A DNA stretch of 64,000 nucleotides from Mobula birostris (taxonomy: Eukaryota): the NCBI RefSeq assembly GCF_030028105.1, contig NC_092379.1, positions 20,809,309-20,873,308 on the forward strand, in the 5' to 3' direction. Of this stretch, positions 61,746-64,000 are shown one piece after another (position 1 is the first letter of the stretch; each line of letters starts with the position of its first letter). The notes under the pieces were generated by a model, which was not told the DNA's origin, ran no database searches, and saw nothing but the letters and a program-made list of their open reading frames with translations. The translations under genes and the position numbers were made by a program.

Positions 61746-63240
61746 AAAACCGTAGGTACAGGAGCTTCTCCATTGCACACACAATCTCCCTTCACTGTCT
61801 CAGCTGAAAGGCAGCAGCTCTGTCCCTCTGTACTACAGTGAACAGCCAAGTCAGCCTCAATTTCTGTTCTCTGAAACATGAATTAACAGCATCAGTGCCC
61901 TGAAACAGAACTCACTGTGGGGACCAAAGCTTTTGGCCTGCTCGGTGTTTAGCTGAAGGAAACTTTGTGCATCCTGCAGCATCCCCCATCAGAGAGTGTG
62001 GAGCTGTTGGTACAAGTACAGGTGACTCAGAACTGGAGATCGACCATGTACATGTTTTAATGTGATGTCAGCAGGAGAGAGCATTCTGAAAAAATATGCC
62101 AATGCAGGAAAATACAACAGATACTGGGGTAAACACATTAGGAGTAGAAAACATTAAACAATTACTCATTAATGCAAACCAAGAATAGAATACAGCAGCT
62201 ATTTGGGGGATGAACACCAGCACCTGATTTCAGCAGAGTAAGTCCAAGAAACAGGCATTGCAGGAAGGCACACAGGACCAGATATTGAAGGAATACACTC
62301 CAGGAATAGACATTGGGGAAAACTATGAAGGGCTAGACAATGGGAAAAATACCCCTCTACAGAACCAGAAATTGTGGTTAATTCTCAACTTTGTTCATGA
62401 GGGAATACGACAGAGATTGGGAATACACGATTCATCTTCAGGAAGGTTGTGATTCCCATGTAGAGACAATTTAAAATCAGTTATTTGGAAAAATCAGAGA
62501 ATCAGAGTCCAAACCCCACATCTCAGGAATGTACCATGTTCAGTCAAATGGGAAAATATATGTGGAGCAGATTTTAGAAACTGCACCCAAAATCACAGGT
62601 TGTAGGAGTTTCCCTGTGCCCATAACCTGGAGTGCAGAGCAGGTCATGAGGGTGCATGGCACTGAATCAGATACTGGGGACGTTATTGCAGGAAAAGGAG
62701 ATGACTTGGGACCAGCTCCAAATTTAATTAAAGATTAATTAAGAATTAAGTCACAGTTACACCTTTAATGAACTGACTTTAAACATCACGTCACAACCTC
62801 AGCTTTTTGATTCCATCTGTTTTGCTCAGCAACCAGTCTCCCTCCCAGTCTCACGCTCCAGCCAACTAGAAAGCCAGGATGTGCAACAACTGAGGACCTT
62901 ACCTTGTCACTGGCCTCTGCTCCCCTCTGGGAATGTCGGCTCCCGACACTGACCTGCCCACTCCTTCTTTCCCTCCCTGATTTTGTGCTGCCAGTCCTCC
63001 AGCATATCTTACACCCTTCACTGCTCACAGTAACAGCATTGCCTTCTGCTTCCTGTTTGTGTCTCTGCCTCTCTCTCTGCTAACGGCTCCGACAGTCTGT
63101 TTGTACAAAGTGCAGGCAGCTTGTCAGAGCCAGCATCTGACCCTGTGCTCTGTGAGGTGGGAGGGAGAAATGAGGCAGCAGATTCGAGGTGTGAAGTGTT
63201 TGAAATGTGCTGCAGGAAGGTGGAAGGAGAGGGGGGTGGG

Positions 63241-63262
63241 GAGAGAGAGAGAGAGAGAGAGA
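63241..63262 (+). repeat. (GA)11 microsatellite
   Basis: Direct read. Confidence 0.95.
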
Positions 63263-64000
63263 AGCAGCACGGGCAAGGATAGAGAGATCACAGTGTAAGA
63301 GGGAGAGACTCTCCAAGGTCAGGATACTGACTAATATCCAATTTGGTGCCGTCTTCCTCACTTCCTGCTCTGCACCCTGTGTTCTAGGCACTGGGAATCT
63401 CCCCGACTTTGTGAATGTCTGGCTCTCCAAAATCTGATCCAGGTATATTTTTGCACAATACTGCATTTGGGGGCATTCCCACAGAGACAGACTGAGAATT
63501 GTTCCTTTGAATCTCATCCTAGGGCTTTGTCCAAATGACTGGTGATACCTGGATGAAGAAACCCTCTCATTGATAAGAATCGATCCTATGTTCCTGAGTA
63601 TTAGATCACAGGTGACACAAAAGTAGATGGTATTGTGGGGAGAGAAGAAGGTTAGCAACAATTACAGTGGGATCTTGATCAGCTGGGTCGGTGAGGTGAG
63701 GCATTACAAATAGAGTATTATTCAGATGAGGATGTCTCAGAGCGATTGCAGAACATTCTCAGTGAGGAGGGTGAGCAAACAGAAGTGGTTGCACACATTG
63801 GCTCAAATGACAATTGGAAGAAAAAATGGATGTACTGCTGTGTAGTGAATATAGGGAGAAAGAAAAGATGTTAAAATGTAAGACCCCAACAGTGGTAATC
63901 ACTGGATTATTCCCAGTGCTATTTGCTGGTGAGGTTAAAAATTGAACATATTGTAGATTAATACATTGCTAAAACCTTGTCCAGGGAGCAGGAATTCAGT

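Overview
Vertebrate genomic DNA containing one essentially complete cartilaginous-fish immunoglobulin heavy-chain cluster on the + strand. It is best read as IgW (omega, the IgD relative). The repeat landscape suggests a ray, but that is inference. Exon order reconstructed from splice sites: TATA-like promoter, leader (2073-2118), VH exon already carrying a fused D-like tail and ending in a 12-spacer RSS (2227-2564), one JH with a 23-spacer RSS (2876-2962), CH1, CH2, a short 2-Cys secretory exon absent from the ORF track, CH3, CH4, CH5, CH6 plus canonical tailpiece, a duplicated CH3/CH4-like pair (CH7, CH8), TM1 (40799-40941), and a probable TM2 (VQQ*) 19.5 kb further on with its own poly(A) signal. 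All C exons are open and phase 1. The introns are mostly retroelements: many CR1 LINEs, a full-length degenerate L1 nested in a CR1, Rex/Babar, Nimb-like, Gypsy gag-protease, a solo LTR, and Penelope-type palindromes. One of the last retains an intact minimal hammerhead ribozyme core on the sense strand of the TM1-TM2 intron. Most interesting points: the germline-joined VD (one V(D)-to-J rearrangement left), the membrane-side CH duplication (splice-acceptor turnover, breakpoint next to the CH5 acceptor), and the intronic hammerhead. Transposon boundaries are approximate, and identities were counted by eye.
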